Assembly (NCBI GenBank): GCA_965240325.2
Contig: OZ251253.1
Coordinates: 1-64,000 of the forward strand
Direction: 5' to 3'
Source of the DNA: Rebecca billardiae RCC1528
Lineage: Eukaryota > Protista > Haptophyta
Length of the DNA stretch: 64,000 nt
The position numbers were made by a program, and so were the translations under genes. The notes under the pieces were generated by a model. The model saw only the letters and a program-made list of their open reading frames with translations. It did no database searches and was not told where the DNA came from. Position 1 is the stretch's first letter; each line of letters begins with the position of its first letter. Positions 10,597 through 22,609 of the stretch are shown here, piece after piece.

Positions 10597-13500
10597 ACGG
10601 AGACACCGCCGCGCGCATCTGTGGCCGTTTGGCGGGCCTCCGGCAGCTGTGGGACCCGCGCAGGCCGGCGGAGCACCCCATCGGGCTGCAAGTGCGCGGC
10701 GCGGCCCGCTGCTCCTGCTTGGGGGCGGCCTACTCGACCTAAATATGACGCTCAGCCCATCGCCCGGCGTGCCCGCCCGCGCACGGAGACACCGCCGCGC
10801 GCGTCTGTGGCCGTTTGGCGGGCCTCCTGCAGCTGTGGGACCCGCGCAGGCCGGCGGAGCACCCTATCGGGCCGCAAGTGCGCGGCGCGGCCCGCTGCTC
10901 CTGCTTGGGGGCGGCCTACTCGACCTAAATATGACGGCCAGCCCATCGCCAGGCGTGCCCAGCCGCGCACGGAGACACCGCCGCGCGCATCTGTGGCCGT
11001 TTGGCAGGCCTCCGGCAGCTGTGGGACCCGCGCAGGCCGGCGGAGCACCCCATCGGGCCGCAAGTGCGCGGCGCGGCCCAGCGCTCCTGCTTGGGGGCGG
11101 CCTACTCGACCTAAATATGACGCTCAACCCATCGCCCGGCGTGCCCGCCCGCGCACGGAGACACCGCCGCGCGCATCTGTGGCCGTTTGGCGGGCCTCCG
11201 GCAGCTGTGGGACCCGCGCAGGCCGGCGGAGCACCCCATCGGGCTGCAAGTGCGCGGCGCGGCCCGCTGCTCCTGCTTGGGGGCGGCCTACTCGACCTAA
11301 ATATGACGCTCAGCCCATCGCCCGGCGTGCCCGCCCGCGCGCGGAGACACCGCCGCGCGCGTCTGTGGCCGTTTTGCGGGCCTCCGGCAGCTGTGGGACC
11401 CGCGCAGGCCGGCGGAGCACCCTATCGGGCCGCAATTGCGCGGCGCGGCCCGCTGCTCCTGCTTGGGGGCGGCCTACTTGACCTAAATATGACGCTCAGC
11501 CCATCGCCCGGCGTGCCCGCCCGCGCACGGAGACACCGCCGCGCGCGTCTGTGGCCGTTTGGCGGGCCTCCTGCAGCTGTGGGACCCGCGCAGGCCGGCG
11601 GAGCACCCTATCGGGCCGCAAGTGCGCGGCGCGGCCCGCTGCTCCTGCTTGGGGGCGGCCTACTCGACCTAAATATGACGGCCAGCCCATCGCCGGGCGT
11701 GCCCAGCCGCGCACGGAGACACCGCCGCGCGCATCTGTGGCCGTTTGGCAGGCCTCCGGCAGCTGTGGAACCCGCGCAGGCCGGCGGAGCACCCTATCGG
11801 GCCGCAAGTGCGCGGCGCGGCCCGCTGCTCCTGCTTGGGGGCGGCATACTTGACCTAAATATGACGCTCAGCCCATCGCCCGGCGTGCCCGCCCGCGCAC
11901 GGAGACACCGCCGCGCGCGTCTGTGGCCGTTTGGCGGGCCTCCGGCAGCTGTGGGACCCGCGCAGGCCGGCGGAGCACCCTATCGGGCCGCAAGTGCGCG
12001 GCGCGGCCCAGCGCTCCTGCTTGGGGGCGGCCTACTCGACCTAAATATGACGCCCAGCCCATCGCCCGGCGTGCCCGCCCGCGCACGGAGGCACCGCAGC
12101 GCGCATCTTTGGCCGTTTGGCGGGCCTCCGCCAACTGTTGGACCGGCGCGGGCGGCGGATCACCCTATCGGGCCGCAAGTGCGCGGCGCGGCCCGCTGCT
12201 CCTGCTTGGGGGCGGTCTACTCGACCTAAATATGACGCCCAGCCCATCTCCAGGCGTGCCCGCCCGCGCCCGGAGGCACCGCAGCGCGCACGTGTGGCCG
12301 TTTGGCGGGCCTCCGGCAGCTGTGGGACCGGCGCGGGCGGCGGATCACCCTATCGGGCCGCAAGTGCGCGGCGCGGCCCAGCGCTCCTGCTTGGGGGCGG
12401 CCTACTCGACCTAAATATGACGCCCAGCCCATCGCCCGGCGTGCCCGCCCGCGCCCGGAGGCACCGCCGTGCGCATCTGTGGCCGTTTGGCAGGCCTCCG
12501 GCAGCTGTGGGACCCGCGCAGGCCGGCGGAGCACCCCATCGGGCCGCAAGTGCGCGGCGCGGCCCAGCGCTCCTGCTTGGGGGCGGCCTACTCGACCTAA
12601 ATATGACGCTCAACCCATCGCCCGGCGTGCCCGCCCGCGCACGGAGACACCGCCGCGCGCATCTGTGGCCGTTTGGCGGGCCTCCGGCAGCTGTGGGACC
12701 CGCGCAGGCCGGCGGAGCACCCCATCGGGCTGCAAGTGCGCGGCGCGGCCCGCTGCTCCTGCTTGGGGGCGGCCTACTCGACCCAAATATGACGCTCAGC
12801 CCATCGCCCGGCGTGCCCGCCCGCGCACGGAGACACCGCCGCGCGCGTCTGTGGCCGTTTGGCGGGCCTCCGGCAGCTGTGGGACCCGCGCAGGCCGGCG
12901 GAGCACCCTATCGGGCCGCAAGTGCGCGGCGCGGCCCGCTGCTCCTGCTTGGGGGCGGCCTACTCGACCTAAATATGACGCTCAGCCCATCGCCCGGCGT
13001 GCCCGCCCGCGCACGGAGACACCGCCGCGCGCGTCTGTGGCCGTTTGGCGGGCCTCTGGCAGCTGTGGGACCCGCGCAGGCCGGCGGAGCACCCCATCGG
13101 GCCGCAAGTGCGCGGCGCGGCCCGCTGCTCCTGCTTGGGGGCGGCCTACTCGACCTAAATATGACGCCCAGCCCATCGCCAGGCGTGCCCGCCCGCGCCC
13201 GGAGGCACCGCAGCGCGCGCATCTTTGGCCGTTTTCGGGCCTCCGCCAACTGTTGGACCGGCGCGGGCGGCGGATCACCCTATCGGGCCGCAAGTGCGCG
13301 GCGCGGCCCGCTGCTCCTGCTTGGGGGCGGCATACTTGACCTAAATATGACGCTCAGCCCATCGCCAGGCGTGCCCGCCCGCGCACGGAGACACCGCCGC
13401 GCGCGTCTGTGGCCGTTTGGCGGGCCTCCGGCAGCTGTGGGACCCGCGCAGGCCGGCGGAGCACCCTATCGGGCCGCAAGTGCGCGGCGCGGCCCAGCGC

Positions 13501-16500
13501 TCCTGCTTGGGGGCGGCCTACTCGACCTAAATATGACGCTCAGCCCATCGCCCGGCGTGCCCGCCCGCGCACGGAGACACCGCCGCGCGCGTCTGTGGCC
13601 GTTTGGCGGGCCTCCGGCAGCTGTGGGACCCGCGCAGGCCGGCGGAGCACCCTATCGGGCCGCAAGTGCGCGGCGCGGCCCAGCGCTCCTGCTTGGGGGC
13701 GGCCTACTCGACCTAAATATGACGCCCAGCCCATCGCCCGGCGTGCCCGCCCGCGCACGGAGGCACCGCAGCGCGCATCTTTGGCCGTTTGGCGGGCCTC
13801 CGCCAACTGTTGGACCGGCGCGGGCGGCGGATCACCCTATCGGGCCGCAAGTGCGCGGCGCGGCCCGCTGCTCCTGCTTGGGGGCGGCCTACTCGACCTA
13901 AATATGACGCCCAGCCCATCGCCCGGCGTGCCCGCCCGCGCACGGAGGCACCGCAGCGCGCATCTTTGGCCGTTTGGCGGGCCTCCGCCAACTGTTGGAC
14001 CGGCGCGGGCGGCGGATCACCCTATCGGGCCGCAAGTGCGCGGCGCGGCCCGCTGCTCCTGCTTGGGGGCGGTCTACTCGACCTAAATATGACGCCCAGC
14101 CCATCTCCAGGCGTGCCCGCCCGCGCCCGGAGGCACCGCAGCGCGCACGTGTGGCCGTTTGGCGGGCCTCCGGCAGCTGTGGGACCGGCGCGGGCGGCGG
14201 ATCACCCTATCGGGCCGCAAGTGCGCGGCGCGGCCCAGCGCTCCTGCTTGGGGGCGGCCTACTCGACCTAAATATGACGCCCAGCCCATCGCCCGGCGTG
14301 CCCGCCCGCGCCCGGAGGCACCGCCGTGCGCATCTGTGGCCGTTTGGCAGGCCTCCGGCAGCTGTGGGACCCGCGCAGGCCGGCGGAGCACCCCATCGGG
14401 CCGCAAGTGCGCGGCGCGGCCCAGCGCTCCTGCTTGGGGGCGGCCTACTCGACCTAAATATGACGCTCAACCCATCGCCCGGCGTGCCCGCCCGCGCACG
14501 GAGACACCGCCGCGCGCATCTGTGGCCGTTTGGCGGGCCTCCGGCAGCTGTGGGACCCGCGCAGGCCGGCGGAGCACCCCATCGGGCTGCAAGTGCGCGG
14601 CGCGGCCCGCTGCTCCTGCTTGGGGGCGGCCTACTCGACCCAAATATGACGCTCAGCCCATCGCCCGGCGTGCCCGCCCGCGCACGGAGACACCGCCGCG
14701 CGCGTCTGTGGCCGTTTGGCGGGCCTCCGGCAGCTGTGGGACCCGCGCAGGCCGGCGGAGCACCCTATCGGGCCGCAAGTGCGCGGCGCGGCCCGCTGCT
14801 CCTGCTTGGGGGCGGCCTACTCGACCTAAATATGACGCTCAGCCCATCGCCCGGCGTGCCCGCCCGCGCACGGAGACACCGCCGCGCGCGTCTGTGGCCG
14901 TTTGGCGGGCCTCTGGCAGCTGTGGGACCCGCGCAGGCCGGCGGAGCACCCCATCGGGCCGCAAGTGCGCGGCGCGGCCCGCTGCTCCTGCTTGGGGGCG
15001 GCCTACTCGACCTAAATATGACGCCCAGCCCATCGCCAGGCGTGCCCGCCCGCGCCCGGAGGCACCGCAGCGCGCGCATCTTTGGCCGTTTTCGGGCCTC
15101 CGCCAACTGTTGGACCGGCGCGGGCGGCGGATCACCCTATCGGGCCGCAAGTGCGCGGCGCGGCCCGCTGCTCCTGCTTGGGGGCGGTCTACTCGACCTA
15201 AATATGACGCCCAGCCCATCTCCAGGCGTGCCCGCCCGCGCCCGGAGGCACCGCAGCGCGCACGTGTGGCCGTTTGGCGGGCCTCCGCCAGCTGTCTGTG
15301 GGACCGGCGCGGGCGGCGGATCACCCTATCGGGCCGCAAGTGCGCGGCGCGGCCCGCTGCTCCTGCTTGGGGGCGGTCTACTCGACCTAAATATGACGCC
15401 CAGCCCATCTCCAGGCGTGCCCGCCCGCGCCCGGAGGCACCGCAGCGCGCACGTGTGGCCGTTTGGCGGGCCTCCGGCAGCTGTGGGACCGGCGCGGGCG
15501 GCGGAGCACCCTATCGGGCCGCAAGTGCGCGGCGCGGCCCAGCGCTCCTGCTTGGGGGCGGCCTACTTGACCTAAATATGACGCTCAGCCCATCGCCCGG
15601 CGTGCCCGCCCGCGCACGGAGACACCGCCGCGCGCATCTGTGGCCGTTTGGCAGGCCTCCGGCAGCAATGTGGGGGGACCCACGCAGGCCGGCGGAGCAC
15701 CCTATCGGGCCGCAAGTGCGCGGCGCGGCCCAGCGCTCCTGCTTGGGGGCGGCCTACTTGACCTAAATATGACGCTCAGCCCATCGCCCGGCGTGCCCGC
15801 CCGCGCACGGAGACACCGCCGCGCGCATCTGTGGCCGTTTGGCAGGCCTCCGGCAGCTGTGGGACCCGCGCAGGCCGGCGGAGCACCCTATCGGGCCGCA
15901 AGTGCGCGGCGCGGCCCGCTGCTCCTGCTTGGGGGCGGCCTACTCGACCTAAAGATGACGCTCAGCCCATCGCCCGGCGTGCCCGCCCGCGCACGGAGAC
16001 ACCGCCGCGCGCGTCTGTGGCCGTTTGGCGGGCCTCCGGCAGCTGTGGGACCCGCGCAGGCCGGCGGATCACCCTATCGGGCCGCAAGTGCGCGGCGCGG
16101 CCCGCTGCTCCTGCTTGGGGGCGGCCTACTTGACCTAAATATGACGCCCAGCCCATCGCCAGGCGTGCCCGCCCGCGCCCGGAGGCACCGCAGCGCGCGC
16201 ATCTTTGGCCGTTTTGCGGGCCTCCGCCAACTGTTGGTTGGACCGGCGCGGGCGGCGGATCACCCTATCGGGCCGCAAGTGCGCGGCGCGGCCCGCTGCT
16301 CCTGCTTGGGGGCGGCCTAATCGACCTAAGTATGACGCCCAGCCCATCTCCAGGCGTGCCCGCCCGCGCCCGGAGGCACCGCAGCGCGCACGTGTGGCCG
16401 TTTGGCGGGCCTCCGCCAGCTGTGGGACCGGCGCGGGCGGCGGATCACCCTATATATCGGGCCGCAAGTGCGCGGCGCGGCCCGCTGCTCCTGCTTGGGG

Positions 16501-17182
16501 GCGGCCTACTTGACCTAAATATGACGCCCAGCCCATCGTCAGGCGTGCCCGCCCGCGCCCGGAGGCACCGCAGCGCGCATCTTTGGCCGTTTTTCGGGCC
16601 TCCGCCAACTGTTGGACCGGCGCGGGCGGCGGATCACCCTATCGGGCCGCAAGTGCGCGGCACGGCCCTCTGCTCCTGCTTGGGGGTGGCCTACTCGACC
16701 TAAATATGACGCCCAGCCCATCTCCAGGCGTGCCCGCCCGCGCCCGGAGGCACCGCAGCGCGCACGTGTGGCCGTTTGGCGGGCCTCCGCCAGCTGTGGG
16801 ACCGGCGCGGGCGGCGGATCACCCTATCGGGCTGCAAGTGCGCGGCGCGGCCCGCTGCTCCTGCTTGGGGGCGGCCTACTCGACCTAAATATGACGCCCA
16901 GCCCATCGTCAGGCGTGCCCGCCCGCGCCCGGAGGCACCGCAGCGCGCATCTTTGGCCGTTTTTCGGGCCTCCGCCAACTGTTGGACCGGCGCGGGCGGC
17001 GGATCACCCTATCGGGCCGCAAGTGCGCGGCACGGCCCGCTGCTCCTGCTTGGGGGCGGCCTACTCGACCTAAATATGACGCTCAGCCCATCTCCAGGCG
17101 TGCCCGCCCGCGCCCGGAGGCACCGCCGCGCGCGTCTGTGGCCGTTTGGCGGGCCTCCGCCAGCTGTTGGACCGGCTCGGGC
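10597..17182. repeat. Subtelomeric tandem satellite, 185/186-bp unit, about 35 copies
   Basis: The unit starts ACGGAGACACCGCCGCG at 10597, 10783 and so on, and has a near-invariant core CCTACTCGACCTAAATATGACG. Two subtypes occur: 186-bp GGGACCCGCGCAGGCCGGCGGAGCACC and 185-bp GGACCGGCGCGGGCGGCGGATCACC. Confidence 0.98.
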
Positions 17183-17183
17183 G

Positions 17184-17267
17184 GTCAGGCGACTCTGCTT
17201 GTCACTGCCAGTCAGCTGACAGGCGTCAGATGATTGTCAAATGTCAGGCGAGGCCTGACATGTCAGG
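17184..17267. promoter_or_regulatory. Cluster of TGAC/GTCA motifs, including palindromes GTCAGCTGAC and CCTGACATGTCAGG, upstream of GOS1
   Basis: Nine TGAC/GTCA half-sites in about 85 bp between the satellite end and the ATG at 17310. The regulatory role is inferred. Confidence 0.35.
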
Positions 17268-17309
17268 TGATCTGCCCTTGGCCCCCCGTGTAGCCGGGGG
17301 CAGCGAGCG

Positions 17310-18229
17310 ATGGCGGCACCGCCGCCGCCGCCGGGCATCGACGAGCTGCGCAAGCGCGCGCGGGGGCTGGAGAACAAGATCGAGACGCTGCTCGTGAGCT
17401 TCTCCAACCTCGCCTCTTCCTCCTCGCTCCACGCCGCGAGCGCCGCCGCCTCCGTCACCGCCGCGGACGGCCTGGACGCGGTGGACCAGCAGCAGCGCGA
17501 GTTGAGCGCGCTGCTCGAGCAGGTGAGCCGGCGGGCGCGCGCGCGCGGGCGTGCGTGGGCGGGTCGGGCCGTGCCGGCGGCTCGCGCCGCGCGCGGTGTC
17601 GGCCGGCGTGCGTTGGCGCCGCGCCTCCCGCGCCGGCGCCGTCGTCGTCACCGCCCTCCCCCTCCCGCGCCTGCGCCCCGCCGCGTCGCGCCCCCGCCCG
17701 GCCGCGCGGCGCCCAGCTCGCGGAGGCGAACGAGTCGATGGCGCGGCACGCGGGCGGCCCCGTGGCGAGCGTGCACACGCTACAGCGCCACCGCGAGATC
17801 CTGCACGACTACACGCAGGAGTTTGCAAAGACCAAGGCGAGCGTGCAGTCCGCGCGCGAGCGCGCGCAGCTGCTCAGCTCGGTGCGCGCGGACGTGCGCG
17901 AGCTGCGCGCGGCGGAGGCGGGCGGCGCGGGGGCGGCGGCGGCGCGCGCGGACTCGGCGAACCTGCTGCGCGAGCGCAACGCCATCCACCACGCCGTGCG
18001 GCTCGCCGACGAGGTCATCGGCCGCGCGCAGGCGACGCAGGGCTCGCTCGACGAGCAGCGCGCGCTCTTTGGGCGCATCCGGCGCACGGTGCTCGACGTG
18101 GGCGCGAGGCTGCCCGCCGTGGGCGCGCTGGTCGGCGCGATCCACACGCGGCGGCGGCGCGACGTGCTCGTTGTCGGCGGGACCGCCACCGTGTGCACCA
18201 TCCTCCTCCTCTGGTCCATCATGCACTGA
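17310..18229 (+). CDS. GOS1: Golgi Qb-SNARE GOS1/GOSR1 (GOS28), 2 exons (17310-17522, 17717-18229)
   Basis: N-terminal DELRKRARGLENKIETLLVSFS, the hallmark HTLQRHREILHDYTQEF, a SNARE coil and C-terminal RRRRDVLVVGGTATVCTILLLW transmembrane helix. The intron GTGAGC..CCCAG (17523-17716) joins the frames. Confidence 0.93.
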
Positions 18230-18519
18230 CGGCGCGCGCGCGGCCAGGCGGCCGGGCCGAGTCCGTGACGAGTGACGTGGCGGCCCGCGCAGGCTGGGAG
18301 TGGGGACCGTGGCTGGCGGCAGTAGACGTCACCGCTTACTTGCCTATGGTTGTCGGTCGCCATGACGCATCGCTGTTCTATACTCGCGTATAGCCGTGGC
18401 ATAAAGCAGCCCGTAGTGCGCAGTCCGCCGCATCACGGCGGAATAACGTGTCATCGTCTGCTGACTCACCGGCCAGTAGCAGCATCACTGCCACTGTCCA
18501 CTCACGGATCCGAAGTGAA

Positions 18520-20474
18520 TAGGTGGGTCCCTCCCAACTGGGGCGATATTCTGGCGCACTCAGAATGACGTCCTAGATTTTGTCTCTCACCCAGAATCGA
18601 CGACGCTATAAATGCGTCCCATCGGGGCGGAGCAAAAGTTTCGACCTCAAAACCTACTCCGCGTGCCGTCGCGCGGCCGAGCGTGCGCGCGCCGCGCCAG
18701 TAGTGTCACATAGAGATTTTGCGAAGCGTTACTTCATGGTTATGGTGGCTAGATGGCGACATGCGATCGGAATTACTTATTGACAACCGTTGACACCCGA
18801 CCGAACCATTTTATGAAGCAAAGAGTGGGGCTCTATGCTGTGCGCTGATACCTCCAACAAACTACAGCAAGATCGAGCATATTACCCACTTCATATATAG
18901 CCACTTGCCCGTATATAGTATGAGTCTTACCCACTTTATATTGACCGTGGATGCGGTTCACTATATATTCAAATTCGTTCCGATATGTGGGTACGTTTGT
19001 TGGGTCATCGAATAGGCGCCGAGCGACGCGGACACAGGCAACCCGGGCCGCAACCGGACTGCCTGCGAGTGGCAGTGTTTGTGGCGGGCTGCGTGCCGAG
19101 GCACACACCATCGCCCGCCACCGAGCATGCCACCGTCGTCACACGGGAGCCCTCCGCCGTCGAGGCTGGACTATCAGCCAACGCCACCGCCGGAGCTTGC
19201 CGCGTTCGGCGGCTTCCGTGCTCGTACTCCGCGTGTCACCGGTCGTCGTATGCCCACCCGCGTGAGGCCGCCACCAGTCCATGACTACCGCAGCTGCAGC
19301 CCATGCCGCCGACGATGCCTCCTACCATCTTCTCGCCAGGCAGCAATACGATAGGTTCACCGACGCTGCTGCTAGGCTGAGAGCACTCAGCCAGTTGGCC
19401 GGCGAGACGAGATGGTTGAGCTGCTGGCCTACGGCCATCACGTTGCGGCTTCCGTTCGCTCAAGTACACCCAACGTGACGACGAGAACGTGCCGGGCAAT
19501 CATCAGACATGCGTCTGAGGGGTCTACTACGCCTAGCCGTAGAGTTGCTGAGTACGAGTCCTCGCAGACCACAAGCGGAACGAGTGGGACCACCCAATGG
19601 CAGGAGCAACAGCGTGGGGTGGCACCCGCGCCTGTCAACGCGACCGCGTTCTGTCAAGAATGGACCCATATCCTGCGACCACCCTCGAGCACCGCATACT
19701 ATGCCCACACTCGGCATAGGGAAGGATCGCTGAGCGCCTGCTGCCGCTGTCAAAGGCCCTGCTGATCTTCCTGGCGCTGGATCGTGCACACGGATGGCAA
19801 GTCGGCGTGCTCGCCGCACATCGCGGCGGCTTCTCAGCATCCCAAGTCCTCAGTGCACCCATCCTAGGCCTGCTGGTCGACGATTGGTACCAACCCCCAC
19901 CAAACACGCCCTCTCGGAAGTCGCCAATCGCTTACATGGCTCCCCGAGAGCCCGGGGCTGGCTGTCGTGCGTTCTCACGAGCAGCTTGCGCACAGCCCAA
20001 ATGTCACCTTCACGGTGCGTAGAGCTGCTCAAGACGGCGGGGACGCCAAGAGCATGCCCATGCCTGATGGTGGCCCATGCCTCCCGTCACCTGACCCGCC
20101 TGTAGCGAAAAGTGGCCCTGCTCGAAGGCACGGCTCGAACACCCGCCGATCGATTCAAGTTGTCTGTACGCGTCTAGCCGGGCGAGAGTCAAACATGCGG
20201 GCACGTGCCAGGCGGGGGATGTGTGACCACGGATCCCATCCGTGAGCACGCGCAAAGCGCTGGAGCGCGCGATAGGTGTTGGCTGTGGTCTACCCGACAC
20301 ACGGCGGCTCGGTCGCGCTGGAGAGGCGCTCCGACATCGTCGGGAGCGTTCACCGTCGGACCTCGGCCGGCGGCCCGGCGATTTTCCCGAGCCGCGCCCC
20401 GCGCGAAAGAAATCAGGCCAGAAAACCCGGTAAATGTTTAAAAGACCGCTGGAAAATCGCCAGGGACCCACCTA
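18520..20474 (+). mobile_element. Decayed or non-autonomous hAT-like DNA transposon (1955 bp)
   Basis: Perfect 13-bp terminal inverted repeats TAGGTGGGTCCCT (18520-18532) and AGGGACCCACCTA (20462-20474), with further subterminal similarity (GGCGATATTC / GGCGATTTTC). Flanking direct repeat AAGTGAA at 18513-18519 and 20475-20481. The interior is lower in GC and carries an ETRWLS motif at 19404-19421. Confidence 0.8.
19281..20022 (+). pseudogene. Fragmented hAT-type transposase remnant
   Basis: Stop- and frameshift-broken frames: LRALSQLAGETRWLSCW (compare the hAT TRW.S motif), then ERLLPLSKALLIF...SQVLSAPILGLLVDDW, which is a weak match to the helices downstream of TRW in hAT transposases. Confidence 0.5.
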
Positions 20475-20839
20475 AAGTGAATCACTAATCAGTAATCGTC
20501 AGTCACTCGAACCGGGTGCTCCACGACCCCACGGTGCATGTCGAGCCAGTCCGCCCTTCATGGACACGACATGCAGTTGCTGCTCGATCGAGCACCCGGT
20601 CTCCTTCGATCCTCTGCAGCTTGAGGAGTCGAGGCGGAGGTTCGTGATCTCGCGCGGACGACAACACACCGCGGTCACACTCGCCCGCACACGCGCAAAG
20701 CTCCAGGCACCGGTCGGAGAGCGACTGCTGGTGGAAAGTGAAACCGCATACAATTAGTAGTAGTAGGCCCGCGCCGCGCGCGCGGTACAATCAAGCCTGC
20801 TTGCTTTGGCGGGCCGTGCCCGCCCCCGGGCCGGGCGCC

Positions 20840-22300
20840 ATGACGAGCTCAGCGTCGCCGGTGGAGCAGCTGGTGCCGGTCGGCGCCGCGGAGGAGGGCG
20901 CGCTTCTCGTGGAGAGCTTCCAGCAGCCGCGCACGCCGCCGCAGGTGGTCGCGTACGCGCCCGTCGCGCCGCCCGCCACCGAGCCTGCGGCGGGCGCGGC
21001 CGCGTGTGCGCCGCGCTCGTCGCACGCGTCGACGGCGGCGGCGGACGGCGTGATCGCCATCGACATGGGCTCGACCGCCTCGCCGCTGGGCCAGCCGTCG
21101 CGCCCGCCGGCGCCACCGCCGCCGCCGCTGCGGCCGCCGCCGCTGCTGCCGCCGCGCGCGCGCTCGGGCGTGCGGCGCATCGACTCGGTCACCGACCGGC
21201 CGCCGAGCGACTGCTGCGCCAAGCTGGGCTGCCCGGCGGACGAGAAGCGGTGCTGCTGCGCGGCGTTCTGGCTGGACGACGGCGTGCCCCCCGTCTGGCC
21301 CCTCTCCTGGCTGATGGCGCGGCACAACCCGTACCTCAACGACAACGCGCTCGCCGAGCGGATCGGCCGGCTCGGGCTGCGGCTGGCGGACCGCGAGCGC
21401 CGGCTGGTGATGGGCGTGGCGCTGGGGCTGACGGCGACGTCGGCGGTGCTCACGACGTACGGCTGCCTCTCGCTCTCCACCAACCCCGAGCTCGCGCGCC
21501 CCACCGCGTGGGCCATCGGCTACGTCGCGCGCCGCGGGCGCGGCGTCGTCGCGTACGTCGGGCTCGCGCGGCTGGTCGTGTCCACGTGCGAGGCGGCGCC
21601 GCCGGGCGTCGACTGGCTCGAGTGGGCCGAGTGCTCGGCGGCGTTCCACCGCTGGGCGGACGTGCCCGCGGGGTGCGCCGGGCGCGACGCCGACGCCGCC
21701 GAGCCGTACGGCTACCCGTGCGGCGCGCTCCTCGCGTGCGCCGAGCAGGCCGTCGCCAACCAGTTTGGCGCGGCCGTGACGGCGGCGACGCTGCTCTTTG
21801 CGCTCGCGGGCTGCCTCACGCGCATCCGGCGGCGCGCGGACACCAACCTGTTCAAGGCGATCGGCGTGCTGCCCGACGCGCTGGGCACGCTCACGCTCGG
21901 CGTCGCGCTCATCACCTTCGGCTCCACCTGCACCGCCGCGATGCCGCAGGCGCTCGACTCGACGCGCGTCGGCGCGCTCACCGGCCCGGGGTACACGTGC
22001 TACCTGTGGTGCTGGATCGTCGGGCTGGCGCGGCTCGCGGCGCACTGCGTCGTGCCGGTGCCGGGCACGGGGCTCGACGTGGGCCGCGCGGCGCGCACCG
22101 TCTCGCGCCGGCTGAGCACCGAGCTCAGCGCCGTGCGCGTCTCGGTCGCCTCGGCCGTCGGCTCGCGCGTGGGCAGCGCGCGCAACAGCCTCGCCGCCTC
22201 GCCGCGCACCTCGCCGCGCGCGTCGCCGCGGCCGCGCGCGCAGCCGTCGCCGCGGCCGGCGGCGCTGTCGCCGCGCGGCCCGCCGTCGCCGGCGGGTTGA
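20840..22300 (+). CDS. Hypothetical multi-pass membrane protein (about 4 TM, claudin/amastin-like topology)
   Basis: ATG at 20840 in a GCC context and strong GC3 bias. Hydrophobic segments LVMGVALGLTATSAVLTTYGCLSL, AAVTAATLLFALAGCL, LGTLTLGVALITF and YTCYLWCWIVGLARLAAHCVV. A Cys-rich loop follows TM1 (W..G...YVGL), and the tail is Ser/Arg/Pro-rich. Confidence 0.75.
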   Translation: MTSSASPVEQLVPVGAAEEGALLVESFQQPRTPPQVVAYAPVAPPATEPAAGAAACAPRSSHASTAAADGVIAIDMGSTASPLGQPSRPPAPPPPPLRPPPLLPPRARSGVRRIDSVTDRPPSDCCAKLGCPADEKRCCCAAFWLDDGVPPVWPLSWLMARHNPYLNDNALAERIGRLGLRLADRERRLVMGVALGLTATSAVLTTYGCLSLSTNPELARPTAWAIGYVARRGRGVVAYVGLARLVVSTCEAAPPGVDWLEWAECSAAFHRWADVPAGCAGRDADAAEPYGYPCGALLACAEQAVANQFGAAVTAATLLFALAGCLTRIRRRADTNLFKAIGVLPDALGTLTLGVALITFGSTCTAAMPQALDSTRVGALTGPGYTCYLWCWIVGLARLAAHCVVPVPGTGLDVGRAARTVSRRLSTELSAVRVSVASAVGSRVGSARNSLAASPRTSPRASPRPRAQPSPRPAALSPRGPPSPAG

Positions 22301-22609
22301 CGACATCACGACACGGCTGTGGCGGCGCGTCGTCGCGCGGTCGTTTTCTGAACTGCATCAGCAGCCGGACGAACGTACGACCTGACCATGTACGGTGTAC
22401 CAGGATCCTCCGGGCATCGGCGCGCCATCGGCCGGGCGCGGCCCGCCGCCGTGGTTTTTTTGTTGGGTGGCATGCTGCGGCGGATGAGAATACTGTAACA
22501 AAGAAATCGTCATCACGATGGCGAGTTGGCGACCCCCCACAAGGCACCGAACAAGGCAGGTGGCCAACGGTCTCTCCGCCCGAACCCGAACGAAAGGGCG
22601 GCGACGACG

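Noticed and set aside
10597-17182. Satellite as a CRISPR array, or a 5S rRNA, snRNA or spliced-leader gene array
   Set aside because: There are no unique spacers, no cas genes and the context is eukaryotic. I see no recognisable 5S, U-snRNA, tRNA or Sm-site sequence, though an Rfam scan would settle this.
10567-17233. Many 100-600 aa ORFs in the satellite
   Set aside because: These are a by-product of a 186-bp (multiple of 3) GC-rich unit. The frames shift freely at 185-bp units, so there is no coding constraint.
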